Notes: generated by a model from the letters alone, not told the origin. 64,000 nt of DNA from Gemmatimonadota bacterium (GCA_026706345.1 JAPOYX010000237.1:13175-77174), one strand, 5' to 3'; counted from the stretch's first letter, positions 10,310 to 20,967 are shown. A program made the numbers and translations.

Positions 10310-11458
10310 ATGTTCGCAGACCTGCGGGATCAGGCAACGGTGCGCAGTGGCGATGACCTCGTGCGTCATCTCAGGAACTTTCCTCTCGAACTGAAGATCT
10401 CCGCCGGCGTCTGGTTCTTCTCGCCGTCCCAGATCCGGTTTCACGAAGCCTACATGGAGCCCTATTCCATCGAGGAGCGTCTGGCCATCGCCGGCGAACT
10501 GGCGGAATACGGCCTGTGCGGCATCGAGGCCCACTATCCGAACGAGATCAACGAGGACAACGCCCATCTCTACCAGCAACTGGAGCGGGACACGGGCGTG
10601 CGGCTGATCACGGTGATCCCCAACCTCTTCTGGGATGCCCAGTTCGAATTCGGGTCCCTGTCGTCCCCCGTGCCCGAAGCGCGCCGCGCCGCCATCGACC
10701 GGGTGATCGAGACGCTGCGGATGAACCGGGAACTGGACACGGACTTCATGGTCGTTTGGCCCGGCGGCGATGGCTATGAACTGAACTTCGGAACCGATTT
10801 CTACGCCATGTGGGACCTCTTCGAGTCGGGCCTGGCCGAAGCGCTGGACGCCGTTCCGGGGATTCGCACGGCCATCGAACCCAAACCCTACGAGCCCCGG
10901 GGCAACAACATCTACCGGAACACCACCGACGGCATCCTGATGGCCCAGAACGTGGATGAACGGCTCCAGGCCCCCGAAAACCGGGCGCTGATTGAAGCGG
11001 GCCACGCCATCGTCGGCCTGAATCCGGAACTCGGCCACGTCCTCATGGGCTTCGAGGATTTCCCCTATGCCCTGAGCCGTATACTCCGGCAGGGCAGACT
11101 GGCCCATACGCACTGGAACAGCCAGCCCCTGGGCAACTACGACCAGGACCTGCAGGTCGGCATCGTTTCGCCGGAGCAGATCTTCGCCGGCATGTACGCG
11201 CTGAAGATGTACGGCTACCAGGGTTACATGGGCATCGATATCTTCCCGGAGCGCATCCCCATCCGACAGGCCCTGATCAATTCCATCGACCGCATGAAGG
11301 CAATCGCCGAAATGACGGAACGGGTGGACCACGAACTGGTCGTGGCCTGCATGGAGCGGCCCGATCTCAACCGGGGCGTCATCGAAGCCCACCTGACCCG
11401 GCTTTTCCATCCTTCCTCGACTGGACTAAGCGCCATGCCGGCGTATCGAAAAGGTTAG
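10310..11458 (+). CDS. xylose isomerase family protein (divergent class I-like TIM barrel sugar isomerase)
   Basis: 382 aa. VVWPGGDGYE aligns with WGGREG, AIEPKPYEPRGN with IEPKPNEPRGD, GLNPELGH with VNPEVGHE, and NYDQDL with KYDQDL; these are the metal-binding and catalytic motifs of xylose isomerase. Confidence 0.7.
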   Translation: MFADLRDQATVRSGDDLVRHLRNFPLELKISAGVWFFSPSQIRFHEAYMEPYSIEERLAIAGELAEYGLCGIEAHYPNEINEDNAHLYQQLERDTGVRLITVIPNLFWDAQFEFGSLSSPVPEARRAAIDRVIETLRMNRELDTDFMVVWPGGDGYELNFGTDFYAMWDLFESGLAEALDAVPGIRTAIEPKPYEPRGNNIYRNTTDGILMAQNVDERLQAPENRALIEAGHAIVGLNPELGHVLMGFEDFPYALSRILRQGRLAHTHWNSQPLGNYDQDLQVGIVSPEQIFAGMYALKMYGYQGYMGIDIFPERIPIRQALINSIDRMKAIAEMTERVDHELVVACMERPDLNRGVIEAHLTRLFHPSSTGLSAMPAYRKG

Positions 11459-11689
11459 AAAAGGGAATCTATGCCCGGGCTTCCGTAGCCGTTGCGCCGC
11501 CTGGGATGCCGGACCGACTGATCCGCTGCGCCGCCTGGCACGCCGGGCCGCACCAGGTCCTGGCCGTCCCGGGGTGCCCGCCACGCGACGGCATGCAGCC
11601 GCTGCCGGCAACTACTGCCGCCCGAAGGCGTATAATCCCGTATTATACCTTGTTCCCATATCAGACCTTTTCCATAGACAGGGGGATCT

Positions 11690-12532
11690 ATGCGAGACAC
11701 CATACGGATCGCCGGCGCGCAGATGGACTTGAAACTCGCCGAGGCCGAGCAGAACCTGACCAAGGTATTCGACGCCATGCAGACCGCCTCCCGGGAAGGC
11801 GCGGACCTGGTCGTGTTTCCGGAGTGCGCGTTGACCGGCTACTGTTTTTACGACCTGGACGAAGCCCGGGCGTGCGCACAACCCGTTCCCGGCCCTTTCA
11901 CGGAACGCCTCGAACGCCAGTGCCGGGAACTCGACATCCATGTCATCATCGGCCTGCTGGAGGCCGATGGGTCAAGTATATATAATTCGGCGGCCTTCAT
12001 CGCCCCCAACGGACTGATCGGGCACTACCGCAAGATCCACCTCCCCTATCTCGGCATCGACCGTTTCCTGTCCCCCGGCGACCGCCCCTTTCGCGTGTAC
12101 GACTCCGAGGTCGGCCAGATCGGGTTGAACATCTGTTACGACGCGGCGTTTCCCGAGAGCTCCCGGGTGATGATGCTCCATGACGCGGAGCTGATCGCCC
12201 TGCCCACCAACTGGCCGGTCGGCGCCGACTGCAACACGGAATTCGTCATAAACACCCGCGCCTTCGAGAACCGCGTCAACTATATCGCCGTGAACCGCGT
12301 CGGCCGGGAAAGGGGAACCAATTTCATCGGCCAGAGCAAAATCGTCGATTTCACCGGACGAACCCTGGCGGAAGGCGACCGGTCCCGGGAGGAAATCATC
12401 TATGCCGACGTGGACCTCGCGGGCGCCCGGGAGAAGCACATCGTAAACGTGCCCAGGGCCTATGAACTCGACCGCCTGGAAGACCGCCGTGTGGAGTTCT
12501 ATGGTCCCATTGTCGAGGGAGAAAGTCCTTGA
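11690..12532 (+). CDS. carbon-nitrogen hydrolase family protein (nitrilase/amidase-like)
   Basis: 280 aa; catalytic E (VVFPE), K (RKIHL) and C (NICYD) triad context of the CN-hydrolase family. Confidence 0.85.
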   Translation: MRDTIRIAGAQMDLKLAEAEQNLTKVFDAMQTASREGADLVVFPECALTGYCFYDLDEARACAQPVPGPFTERLERQCRELDIHVIIGLLEADGSSIYNSAAFIAPNGLIGHYRKIHLPYLGIDRFLSPGDRPFRVYDSEVGQIGLNICYDAAFPESSRVMMLHDAELIALPTNWPVGADCNTEFVINTRAFENRVNYIAVNRVGRERGTNFIGQSKIVDFTGRTLAEGDRSREEIIYADVDLAGAREKHIVNVPRAYELDRLEDRRVEFYGPIVEGESP

Positions 12533-12612
12533 CACGACAGCCCCCCGAACCATAGTTTCTGCGGGGTATGAGGCCTGTGTGTATACGAGGTCGCCGTGTA
12601 TGAGGAGGGCAG

Positions 12613-13293
12613 GTGCTGCCTTGCTGGGTTGTCCGGGCCGGCACGATGGAATACGGCGTGGCGCTGTCTCTTCAGCGGAGTCTGCTTGCGGCGCGTCGTT
12701 CCGGCCTGATCGACAATGTGCTCCTGATTCTCGAACACCCCCCCACGTACACGATCGGTCGTAGACTGAGGGCAAGTGATCACCTGCTCTACGGGCAGGA
12801 AACGCTTGAAGCCCGCGGCATCCGGGTCTACGAAACGGATCGCGGAGGAGACATCACCTGCCACGGTCCCGGCCAGTTGGTGGGCTATACCATCTTTGAT
12901 ATCGCGGCGTGGTACCAGGATGTTTACCGGTACCTCCGCGATCTTGAAGCCGTGATGATCGGGCTCCTGGGCGATTTCGGTATCGCCGCCGACCGCCTGG
13001 AGGGGATAACCGGCGTCTGGGTGGAAGACAGGAAGGTCGCCGCGCTGGGCATACGGGTCAGCCGGTGGATCGCCATGCACGGGTTTTCCCTGAACGTGCA
13101 TCCCGACCTCACCCTGTACGAGGGAATCGTCCCCTGCGGCATCGCCGACCGAGAGGTCACTTCGATCGAGCGGATTCTCGGCCGGCCGGTTGCTATGGAA
13201 GAAGTGGAGACGGGCCTTCTCCATCACCTGGGCGAAGTGTTTGAAATGTCCTTCGAGGAGATGACCCTGGCCGAGTTGCAACAGCGCATATGA
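12613..13293 (+). CDS. lipB: lipoyl(octanoyl) transferase
   Basis: 226 aa; GRR...E...RGGDITCHGPGQLVGY and KVAALGIRVSRW...HGFSLNV are LipB signatures. The start may instead be the internal Met 33 nt downstream. Confidence 0.85.
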   Translation: MLPCWVVRAGTMEYGVALSLQRSLLAARRSGLIDNVLLILEHPPTYTIGRRLRASDHLLYGQETLEARGIRVYETDRGGDITCHGPGQLVGYTIFDIAAWYQDVYRYLRDLEAVMIGLLGDFGIAADRLEGITGVWVEDRKVAALGIRVSRWIAMHGFSLNVHPDLTLYEGIVPCGIADREVTSIERILGRPVAMEEVETGLLHHLGEVFEMSFEEMTLAELQQRI

Positions 13294-13335
13294 CGAATAT
13301 GACACCAGCATGCCACACCGCACCCAGGAGGCGCC

Positions 13336-14361
13336 ATGAACGTTGAGACCGCCCCCGCCCTGTCAGACCCCGACCTTAACGAGTCCGACCTCGACGATCT
13401 CGGCCTCGGCCGGGACGACTACCGGATCCTGTATCATACCATGCGTCTTCAGCGAGAGTTCGAAGAGCGCGTGTACCGCCTATTTCGCCAGGGCAGACTC
13501 GTCGGCGCGGCCTACGCGGGCGCGGGCCACGAGGCCATCGCCGCGGGAAGCGCTTACGCGCTGGGGGACGCGGACATCCTCGTCCCCATGCACCGGGTGA
13601 TCGGCGCCCATTTCCTCCGGGGCCATACCGCGCGCGACATGATGTGCCAGTACCTCGGCCGGGCCAACGGACCGACGGCCGGCAAAGACGGCAACATGCA
13701 CTGCGGCAACTGGGACCACCATATCGTCGGGATGATCAGCCACCTCGGCGCGAACATTCCGGTGGCGGCGGGCGTAGCCCTGGCCGGCAAGATCCGCGGC
13801 AACGGAGCGGTCTCCCTGACCTACATCGGAGAGGGCGGCTCAAGCATCGGCGATTTTCACGAAGGACTCAACTTCGCGGCCGTGCACAAGCTGCCCATGG
13901 TGCTGATCGTGGAGAACAACAAGTTCGCCTACTCCACGCCGACCCGGTTCGAGTACGCCTGCGAAAACATCGTGGACCGGGCGCAGGGTTACGGCATAGC
14001 GGGGGCTTTGATCGACGGCACGGACGTGCGCGCCGTTTACAAGGCGACGCGGGACGCCGTGGATCTGGCCCGGGAAGGCGGCGGTCCGACGCTGATCGAA
14101 GCGCGCTGTACCCGGCTGCTGGGACACGCCCAGCACGACGATGCCTTCTACGTCCCGAAGGAGATCATGGAGGACGGGTGGAACAACGATCCGGTCGTGA
14201 AGAGTGAAAGCCTGCTGCAGGAGCGGAAGTACTTCACCCGCGACGAGCTCGACGAGATCAAGGAAGAGGTCAAGGGCATTGTGGACGACGCGGTGGATTA
14301 CGCGGAACAGAGCCCCCTGCCCGAACCCGAAGAAGCGCTTGAAGGCGTCTACGCGGACTGA
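13336..14361 (+). CDS. 2-oxoacid (pyruvate/branched-chain) dehydrogenase E1 component alpha subunit
   Basis: 341 aa; TPP-binding GEGGSSIGDFHEGLNFAAVHKLPMVLIVENNKFAYSTP motif. Confidence 0.9.
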   Translation: MNVETAPALSDPDLNESDLDDLGLGRDDYRILYHTMRLQREFEERVYRLFRQGRLVGAAYAGAGHEAIAAGSAYALGDADILVPMHRVIGAHFLRGHTARDMMCQYLGRANGPTAGKDGNMHCGNWDHHIVGMISHLGANIPVAAGVALAGKIRGNGAVSLTYIGEGGSSIGDFHEGLNFAAVHKLPMVLIVENNKFAYSTPTRFEYACENIVDRAQGYGIAGALIDGTDVRAVYKATRDAVDLAREGGGPTLIEARCTRLLGHAQHDDAFYVPKEIMEDGWNNDPVVKSESLLQERKYFTRDELDEIKEEVKGIVDDAVDYAEQSPLPEPEEALEGVYAD

Positions 14362-14383
14362 AGCCCCCAACCGGGACGGACCC

Positions 14384-15364
14384 ATGCCACCCGTAACCTA
14401 TCTGGAAGCCATATCGGCGGGACTCCGAGAAGAAATGGAACGGGATGAGAGCGTCTTCTGTCTCGGCGAGGACATCGGGGTCTACGGCGGAGCGTTCAAA
14501 ATCACGAAGGGATTCCTGGACGACTTCGGAGAAGATCGGGTGATCGACGCGCCCGTGGCGGAATCCGTGATCATCGGCGCGGCGATGGGCGCGGCGCTGA
14601 TGGGCATGCGGCCGGTGGCCGAAATGCAGTTCGCCGATTTCATCACCTGCGGGTTCAATCAACTGGTGAACAACGTGGCCAAGACCCACTACCGCTGGGG
14701 CGCCGCCGTGCCGCTGGTGGTGAGATGTCCCTCCGGGGCCATCGGCAACGCAGGCCCGTTCCACTCGCAGAATCCGGAGGCCTGGTTCTGCAAGGTGCCG
14801 GGTCTCAAGGTCGTGACGCCGGCCACGACCTACGACGCGAAAGGCTTGCTCAAGTCGTCCATCCGGGACAACAACCCGGTGCTGTTCTTCGAACACAAGG
14901 GCCTGTACCGGTTTCCCCGGATCCGGGAAGAGATCCCCGAAGAAGATTACACCGTGCCCATCGGCGAGGCGGCAATCCGGCGGGAGGGCAGTGACGCGAC
15001 GATTGTCACTTACGGCAAGATGGTCTTTCACAGCCTGGACGCCGCGGAAACCCTGGCCGGAGAAGGGATCGAGACGGAGGTACTCGACCTGAGGTCGCTG
15101 CTGCCTTATGACAAGCAGGCCGTTCTCGAATCCGTCCGGAAGACGAACCGGCTCCTGGTCGTGCACGAAGATACGCTGACCGGCGGATTCGGTGGCGAAA
15201 TAGCCGCGGTGGTGGCCGACGAAGCCTTCGAGCATCTCGACGCGCCCGTGCGCAGGCTGGCGGCCATCGACACGCCCGTGCCCTTCAGTCCGCCGCTGGA
15301 GAGCTACTTCCTGCCGAACACGGAAAAGGTCACCGGCGCCCTCCGGGAGCTCGTGGCCTACTGA
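14384..15364 (+). CDS. 2-oxoacid dehydrogenase E1 component beta subunit
   Basis: Starts MPPVTYLEAISAGLREEMERDESVFCLGEDIGVYGGAFKITKGF, the transketolase-like beta-subunit pattern. The longer ORF in the track is an upstream overlap artefact. Confidence 0.9.
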   Translation: MPPVTYLEAISAGLREEMERDESVFCLGEDIGVYGGAFKITKGFLDDFGEDRVIDAPVAESVIIGAAMGAALMGMRPVAEMQFADFITCGFNQLVNNVAKTHYRWGAAVPLVVRCPSGAIGNAGPFHSQNPEAWFCKVPGLKVVTPATTYDAKGLLKSSIRDNNPVLFFEHKGLYRFPRIREEIPEEDYTVPIGEAAIRREGSDATIVTYGKMVFHSLDAAETLAGEGIETEVLDLRSLLPYDKQAVLESVRKTNRLLVVHEDTLTGGFGGEIAAVVADEAFEHLDAPVRRLAAIDTPVPFSPPLESYFLPNTEKVTGALRELVAY

Positions 15365-15430
15365 ACGGACAGCACGAACGAGCAGCAGTACACAGCACGA
15401 ACGAGCAGCAGTACAAAGAGGATACCCCAA

Positions 15431-16726
15431 GTGAACATCGTCATGCCCAGGCTCGGCGAGAGCGTCGAGGAAGGAACGGTCATCCGCTGGTTGAAGCAGG
15501 TCGGCGATCCCATCGAGCGGGACGAGTCCGTGGTGGAGATCACCACCGACAAGATCGACACGGACATTCCGGCCATCGCGGGCGGCGTGCTGAGCGAGAT
15601 ACGCGTGGCCGAGGGGACGACGGTGGCCATCGGGGAGGTCATCGGCGTCATCGATACCGGAGATGATGCGGACGCCGAATCGTCCGGGGCCGAGGCGGAT
15701 GAACAGTTGGAGGGCGCCGGCGAGGCGCCGGAGACGATCGAAGCCGACGAGCTGACCCCGGCCGCCGCGGATGGAGGCGGTGGCGGTCCGGTGAGACGGG
15801 CGCGCTCCGACCGCTTTTACTCACCCCTCGTACTGCGCATCGCCCGGGAAGAGCGTATCGACATGGCTACGCTCGAATCCCTGGAAGGGACCGGCAAGGG
15901 CGGCCGGGTAACCCGGGACGATCTGCTCACCTACCTGGAACGGCGGGCATCCCGGATTCCCGAACCGGCCGCGGAGCAGGAAGGAGAATCGGAATATATA
16001 TCGGTCTCCCGTCCGGCAGGCACCGAAGAAGCCCGCGTCGTGACCATGGACACCCTGCGCAAGACCATCGCGAAGCACATGGTCCACAGCAAGCAGGTGT
16101 CGCCTCACGTAACCTCCGTGTCGGAAGTCGACATGACCCACGTCGTGCGCTTTCGGGACGAGGCCAGGGAACGGTTCCAGCAGAAGACCGGCATCAGGCT
16201 GACGCTGACCCCGTTCTTTATCACCGCCATCGTCGACGCGCTTCGAGCGAACCCCATGCTGAACGCCACCATGGACGGCGACCGCATCCTGCAGTGGAAG
16301 CAAGTGAACATGGGCCTGGCGGTCGGACTGGAAAAGGGGGTCGTGGTGCCGGTGATCCGCCACGCGGACGAGATGGACTTCGCCGAGATAGCCGAGGCGG
16401 CCCATGATCTCGCCAAGCGCGTCCATGACCGCAAGCTAACTCCCGACGACCTGAAGGGCAGCACGTTCACGCTGACGAACCCGGGCATGTGGGACACGCT
16501 GTTCGGCACGCCGATCATCAATCAGCCCGAGGCGGGCATCATCGCCACGGGAAGCGTCAAGAAGCAGGTCGTCGTGCAGGCGGATGATTCCCTGGCCATC
16601 CGCTCCATGATGTTCCTGAGCCTTTCCTTCGATCACCGGTTCATCGACGGACTCAACGCCGCCCGGTTCATAAGGGACATCACGCGCGGCCTGGAGTCCT
16701 TCGACACCGACCGGGTCGGGGCCTGA
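15431..16726 (+). CDS. dihydrolipoamide acyltransferase (E2) of 2-oxoacid dehydrogenase complex
   Basis: 431 aa with GTG start. Lipoyl domain (TDKIDTDIPA), E3-binding domain (SPLVLRIAREERIDMATLESLEGTGKGGRVTRDDL), and catalytic domain ending SFDHRFIDG. Confidence 0.9.
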   Translation: MNIVMPRLGESVEEGTVIRWLKQVGDPIERDESVVEITTDKIDTDIPAIAGGVLSEIRVAEGTTVAIGEVIGVIDTGDDADAESSGAEADEQLEGAGEAPETIEADELTPAAADGGGGGPVRRARSDRFYSPLVLRIAREERIDMATLESLEGTGKGGRVTRDDLLTYLERRASRIPEPAAEQEGESEYISVSRPAGTEEARVVTMDTLRKTIAKHMVHSKQVSPHVTSVSEVDMTHVVRFRDEARERFQQKTGIRLTLTPFFITAIVDALRANPMLNATMDGDRILQWKQVNMGLAVGLEKGVVVPVIRHADEMDFAEIAEAAHDLAKRVHDRKLTPDDLKGSTFTLTNPGMWDTLFGTPIINQPEAGIIATGSVKKQVVVQADDSLAIRSMMFLSLSFDHRFIDGLNAARFIRDITRGLESFDTDRVGA

Positions 16727-16761
16727 CCCTGTCGCGATGCGGTTGGCGCGCCCGTACCGGT

Positions 16762-16857
16762 GAGTCCAGACGGGCCCAGGCGATTCCGCGAGTCCGGGCG
16801 AGTCCAGGCGTCCAGGTGAATCCGGGCGAGTCCAGGCGAGTCCAGGCGAGTCCGAGG
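16762..16857. repeat. imperfect tandem array of 10-bp GAGTCCRGGC units (about 6-8 copies)
   Basis: Read directly: gagtccgggc gagtccaggc ... gagtccaggc gagtccaggc gagtccgagg, in the spacer between the E2 stop and the DUF72 start. Confidence 0.6.
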
Positions 16858-16874
16858 GTCCGCGAGGAGCGGAA

Positions 16875-17693
16875 ATGACCGTGGAGCCCGGTTCACTGCG
16901 TATCGGCACGATGGGATGGACCTACCGGGACTGGTCGGGCACCTTCTACGCCCGCGACGCCGACCGGAAAGAGCTCCTGCGGTGCTACGCCCGGGTTTTC
17001 GACGCCCTCGAAATAGACAGCACCTTTCATTTCATCCCCAAACCGGAAGTGGTGACCGCCTGGCGCGACCGTACCCCCGATACGTTCCGGTTTACGGCCA
17101 AACTCCCCGGTAAAATCACCCACGAACGCGGATTGGTGGAAACGGAGGATCTGCTGGTCCCGTTCCTGGCCAGCATGGCCCTGCTGGGCGACCGGCTCGG
17201 CTGCCTGCTCGTTCAGCTCCCGCCCGGATTTCAATATAACCCGGGGACCTGCTCCCGTGTGGAGGCATTCCTGAAACTGCTGCCTGCCAGGGACTTCCGC
17301 TTCGCCTTCGAATTCCGCCACGCGTCCTGGATCAAGCCGGAAGTATTCGAACTCCTTCGCACGCACGGCGCGGCATGGACCATACAGGATCATCCCAAAA
17401 TCATGCCGATCGTGCCCGAGATTACTGCGGACTTCACCTACATCCGCTGGATGGGCGATACGGAAGACCCGCGCATCGGCCACTTCAGGGAATCCGTCGT
17501 CGACCGCACCCAGGACCTCATCAAGTGGGCGGAACGGGTGAAACGGGACATGCTCCCCAGGGTCGACGCGCTGTACGGGTTCTTCAACAACTACTATTCC
17601 GGGCACTCGCCCAGCGACTGCAACCGGATGAAACGGCTGCTCGGCCTGGATACCGTCGCCCCCGATTTCGACCGCCAGTTGAGTCTGTTCTGA
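16875..17693 (+). CDS. DUF72 (UPF0759/YecE-like) family protein
   Basis: 272 aa; IGTMGWTYRDW matches the conserved GTSGWxY start motif of DUF72. Confidence 0.8.
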   Translation: MTVEPGSLRIGTMGWTYRDWSGTFYARDADRKELLRCYARVFDALEIDSTFHFIPKPEVVTAWRDRTPDTFRFTAKLPGKITHERGLVETEDLLVPFLASMALLGDRLGCLLVQLPPGFQYNPGTCSRVEAFLKLLPARDFRFAFEFRHASWIKPEVFELLRTHGAAWTIQDHPKIMPIVPEITADFTYIRWMGDTEDPRIGHFRESVVDRTQDLIKWAERVKRDMLPRVDALYGFFNNYYSGHSPSDCNRMKRLLGLDTVAPDFDRQLSLF

Positions 17694-17716
17694 AACCAGT
17701 TGAGTCTGTGCTGAAA
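17675..17716. repeat. 21-bp direct tandem duplication spanning the DUF72 stop codon and running up to the start codon of the next gene
   Basis: ccagttgagtctgttctgaaa followed by ccagttgagtctgtgctgaaa (1 mismatch). The first copy encodes the C-terminal QLSLF-stop. Confidence 0.6.
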
Positions 17717-19128
17717 TGGGTTGCGCCATGGGCAAATTCATCGCGATCGGATCGATTCTGCTCGGACTGTGCGCCTGCTCCGCGGAGGCTCCGCCGGACG
17801 AAGACGGGATCCGGCTTACGCTCTGGACCCAGGACTACTGGGTCGGCGTCACCGGCCACGAACTGGACGGCGTCCCGCTGGATGATCCGCGCCGGGCGCA
17901 GTACACCGTCAAGGACTGGTACAACAAGGTCGCTCGCGATTTCAAGGCGCTGTATCCGGACCGCAAGATCCGCATCGACATCGAAACGCTCGACTGGACC
18001 AACGGATTCCAGAAGATCGACATCGCCGTGGCGTCCGGACGTCCGCCCGACGTCCTGATCAGCACGTCGGGCATCGCGTTGAAATACGCCCGGTTCGGGC
18101 TCCTGGAAGCCTTCGACGACGATCTCTCCGAGGAAGACATCAGGGATTTCGGCCCCTTCTACGATTTCAGCGAATACCAGGGCAGGCACTACTTCCTGCC
18201 CTTCATCGGCGGCAACCGGTACATGATGGCGAACCTGGAGATCTTCCGGGAACGGGACGCCGTGCATCTGCTGCCGAGCGAGGGCGACCGGCTCTGGACC
18301 TGCGGTCAGTTCCTCGCCGCCGCCCGCGCGACGACCTTCGACCGCGACGGAGACGGCAAGGTCGACGTATACGGCTTCGCCATGCCTTTCCAGCGGAACT
18401 CTCCGCAGCAGGACCAGATGCCTTTTTTCTGGGGACACGGCGCCCGTCAGTTCAACGAAAGCGGCGACAGCCTGGTGATCAACAGCGAGGAGGGTGTACG
18501 GGCCCTGCAGTTCCTGGTGGACCTGGAGCACGTACACCGCGTGGTGCCGGCGGGCTCCGCCGGGTTGCGCAACAACGACGTAACCGATCTGTGGAACGCG
18601 GGCCGGCTCGCCATGCGACAGGCCTACCACGGCACCCGGCGTGCCCACGAGCGCGCGCTGGCGACCGGCGTGATCGAAGAGGAGGTCATCGAACTCTACC
18701 CCATGATGTATCCTTCTCTGCCCGGGATCGATCCCGGCGCTTTCGTCGTGGCCGACTCTCCTTGCGTGTTCAGGCAGGAGGACGAGGAAAAACGGGCACT
18801 CTCCATCGCCCTGGCGAAGTTCCTGACCAACACCCGGCACGAACGGGAAGCCGCCTACGCCCTGTCCACCCTGCCGACCAGGTATTCCGCACTGGACGTC
18901 TGGGCCGACGATCCCTTCCAGCAATACGTCCTGCGCGTGGCGCGATACGGCACGAAAGACGCCATACAGGGGTACGGCATCCCCCTGGTAAACATGACGC
19001 TGAGCGCGTTCCAGGCCGCCATGTCCCGGCAGGCCACGCCCAGGAAGGCGCTCGACGACCTGGCCAGGCGGGGCAACCGGTTCATACGCAGAGACATCGA
19101 ACGCCGCCTGCGCGCGGGGGCGGGGTAA
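17716..19128 (+). CDS. carbohydrate ABC transporter substrate-binding lipoprotein (family 1 SBP)
   Basis: 470 aa. Signal peptide with lipobox LLGLCAC, and size/composition of a sugar SBP. Permease genes follow. Confidence 0.8.
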   Translation: MGCAMGKFIAIGSILLGLCACSAEAPPDEDGIRLTLWTQDYWVGVTGHELDGVPLDDPRRAQYTVKDWYNKVARDFKALYPDRKIRIDIETLDWTNGFQKIDIAVASGRPPDVLISTSGIALKYARFGLLEAFDDDLSEEDIRDFGPFYDFSEYQGRHYFLPFIGGNRYMMANLEIFRERDAVHLLPSEGDRLWTCGQFLAAARATTFDRDGDGKVDVYGFAMPFQRNSPQQDQMPFFWGHGARQFNESGDSLVINSEEGVRALQFLVDLEHVHRVVPAGSAGLRNNDVTDLWNAGRLAMRQAYHGTRRAHERALATGVIEEEVIELYPMMYPSLPGIDPGAFVVADSPCVFRQEDEEKRALSIALAKFLTNTRHEREAAYALSTLPTRYSALDVWADDPFQQYVLRVARYGTKDAIQGYGIPLVNMTLSAFQAAMSRQATPRKALDDLARRGNRFIRRDIERRLRAGAG

Positions 19129-19149
19129 GCGCCGGAGGGTCCTATCGTC

Positions 19150-20033
19150 TTGCGCCTCATACGAACTGTTTACAAGGAACGCTGGGCCTATCTGTTCCTC
19201 CTCCTGCCCCTCCTGCTTTTCGCGGTCTTCAACATGCTGCCCATGGCCGCGACGATCCTCCTCGGTTTCGCCGATTACTTTCCAGGAGGACAACCGGTCT
19301 GGACCGGCCTGGAGAACTACGCCTACGCGCTGTCGGACGACCTCTTCTGGAAGGCGCTGGGCATCACGACCCTGTACACCTGCGGGGTGGTGCCCGCCAG
19401 CCTGCTGATCTCGCTGTTCCTGGCCTACGTCATCTTCCGACTGAAATACGCCTGGGCCCAGGTCATCTTCAAATCGGCGTTCTACCTCCCGGTGGTGACG
19501 TCCGGGGCGATCCTCTCCCTGGTCTGGCTCTGGCTGTTCAACCCGGCCCGGGGCTGCTCAACTACGTGCTGTCCTTCGCGGGGCTGGGGCCCTATCTGTG
19601 GACCAGCGATCCCCAGATGGCCCTGCCCTCCCTGATGTTCATGGCGATCATGGGCGGGCACGGCGCCGCCATCGTGCTGCTGACCGCCGCCATGGGCGGC
19701 ATCCCGTCCAGCTACTACGAGGCGGCGCGTCTGGACGGGGCCGGCCCGTGGCGGCAGTACTGGAAGATCACCCTGCCCCTGCTCCGCCCGACGCTGCTCT
19801 ACCTGCTCGTCACCAGCACGATCGCCTCCTTCCAGGTGTTTACCCAGGTGCTCATGATGACGGGAGGCGGCCCGGACTACGCGACGACCACGCTGGTGTA
19901 TCTGATCTATACCGACGCCTTCGAGTACTTCGACTTCGGGAAGGCCTCCGCCGAGGCGACCCTGCTTTCCCTCAGCCTGGCCGGCATCGCCGTACTGCAG
20001 TACAAGTGGCTGGCCAGCGACGTGGAATATTGA
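19150..20033 (+). pseudogene. carbohydrate ABC transporter permease (MalF/UgpA-like) interrupted by a frameshift near 19545
   Basis: The N-terminal 5/6 of the protein is in frame 1 (19150..19635, ...SLVWLWLFNPA). The conserved remainder (GLLNYVLSFAGLGPY...EAARLDGAGPWRQYWKITLPLLRP... with the EAA loop) continues in another frame to 20033. An indel is likely in the aacccggcccggggctg run. Confidence 0.6.
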
Positions 20034-20076
20034 TTCGAGTCGCCAAAACCCCGCACAATGCTAAAACAGGACAGCC

Positions 20077-20886
20077 ATGTTTCCATACGTTTTCCGGGTC
20101 CTGCTCGCGCTCTTCGCCGTACTGACGCTGATGCCGCTGTACTGGATCGTCGTTACCGCGTTCCAGACGCCGTCGGTAGTCCTCGCCTTTCCGCCGAGCC
20201 TAGTGCCGTCGCCGGCGTCGTGGATCAACTTCGCCCGCCTGTTCAATGGTTCCGAGATCCTCGCCTGGATGTCCAATTCCCTCATCGTGACGGGCACGGT
20301 GACGGTATCCAACGTGCTCCTCGGCACCCTCGCCGGGTACACGCTGGCCAAGAAGATCTTTCCGGGACGCCAGACGATCTTCTGGACGGTGATCAGCCTC
20401 ATGTTCGTCCCGAGCCAGTTGACGATCATCCCGCTCTACGCGCTGATCGTCAAACTGGACTGGATCAATACCTACAAGGCACTGATCGTCCCGGCGCTGA
20501 TCATGCCCTTTTCAATTTTCCTGATGAAACAGTTCCTGCAGACGCTGCCCACGGAACTCATCGAGGCCGCGCGCATGGATGGATGCGGCGAGTGGGGGGT
20601 GTTTCAACGGGTGATCCTGCCGCTGGCGAAGCCAGGGATGGGCGTCCTGGCCATCTTCACCTTCATGGGCGTGTGGAACGAGTTCCTGTGGCCGTTGATC
20701 GTGATCAACAGGAGTTCGATGATGACGCTGCAGATCGGGCTCAACTCCCTGCAGAACCAGTACTATACCGACTACGGCCTGCTCATGGCCGGGGCCGCGG
20801 TCTCAGCCCTGCCCATGATCGCCTTCTTCCTCGTCTTCCAGCCCTATTTCGTGCGGAGTATCACCATCGGCGCGGTGAAGGGGTAA
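20077..20886 (+). CDS. carbohydrate ABC transporter permease (MalG/UgpE-like)
   Basis: 269 aa, six TM segments, EAA motif EAARMDGCGEWGVFQRVILPLAKPG. Confidence 0.85.
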   Translation: MFPYVFRVLLALFAVLTLMPLYWIVVTAFQTPSVVLAFPPSLVPSPASWINFARLFNGSEILAWMSNSLIVTGTVTVSNVLLGTLAGYTLAKKIFPGRQTIFWTVISLMFVPSQLTIIPLYALIVKLDWINTYKALIVPALIMPFSIFLMKQFLQTLPTELIEAARMDGCGEWGVFQRVILPLAKPGMGVLAIFTFMGVWNEFLWPLIVINRSSMMTLQIGLNSLQNQYYTDYGLLMAGAAVSALPMIAFFLVFQPYFVRSITIGAVKG

Positions 20887-20967
20887 GACGCCGGGTTTCC
20901 GGCAGGTGGAGGTCCCGCCGGAAGCTGCTATTCTGCGTCTGCGGTGCGATTCGGCCTGGCTCCGGTA

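Noticed and set aside
14204-15364. 386-aa E1-beta ORF overlapping the E1-alpha 3' end
   Set aside because: The upstream extension is out-of-frame overlap with E1-alpha and lacks homology. The conserved E1-beta N-terminus begins at the ATG at 14384.
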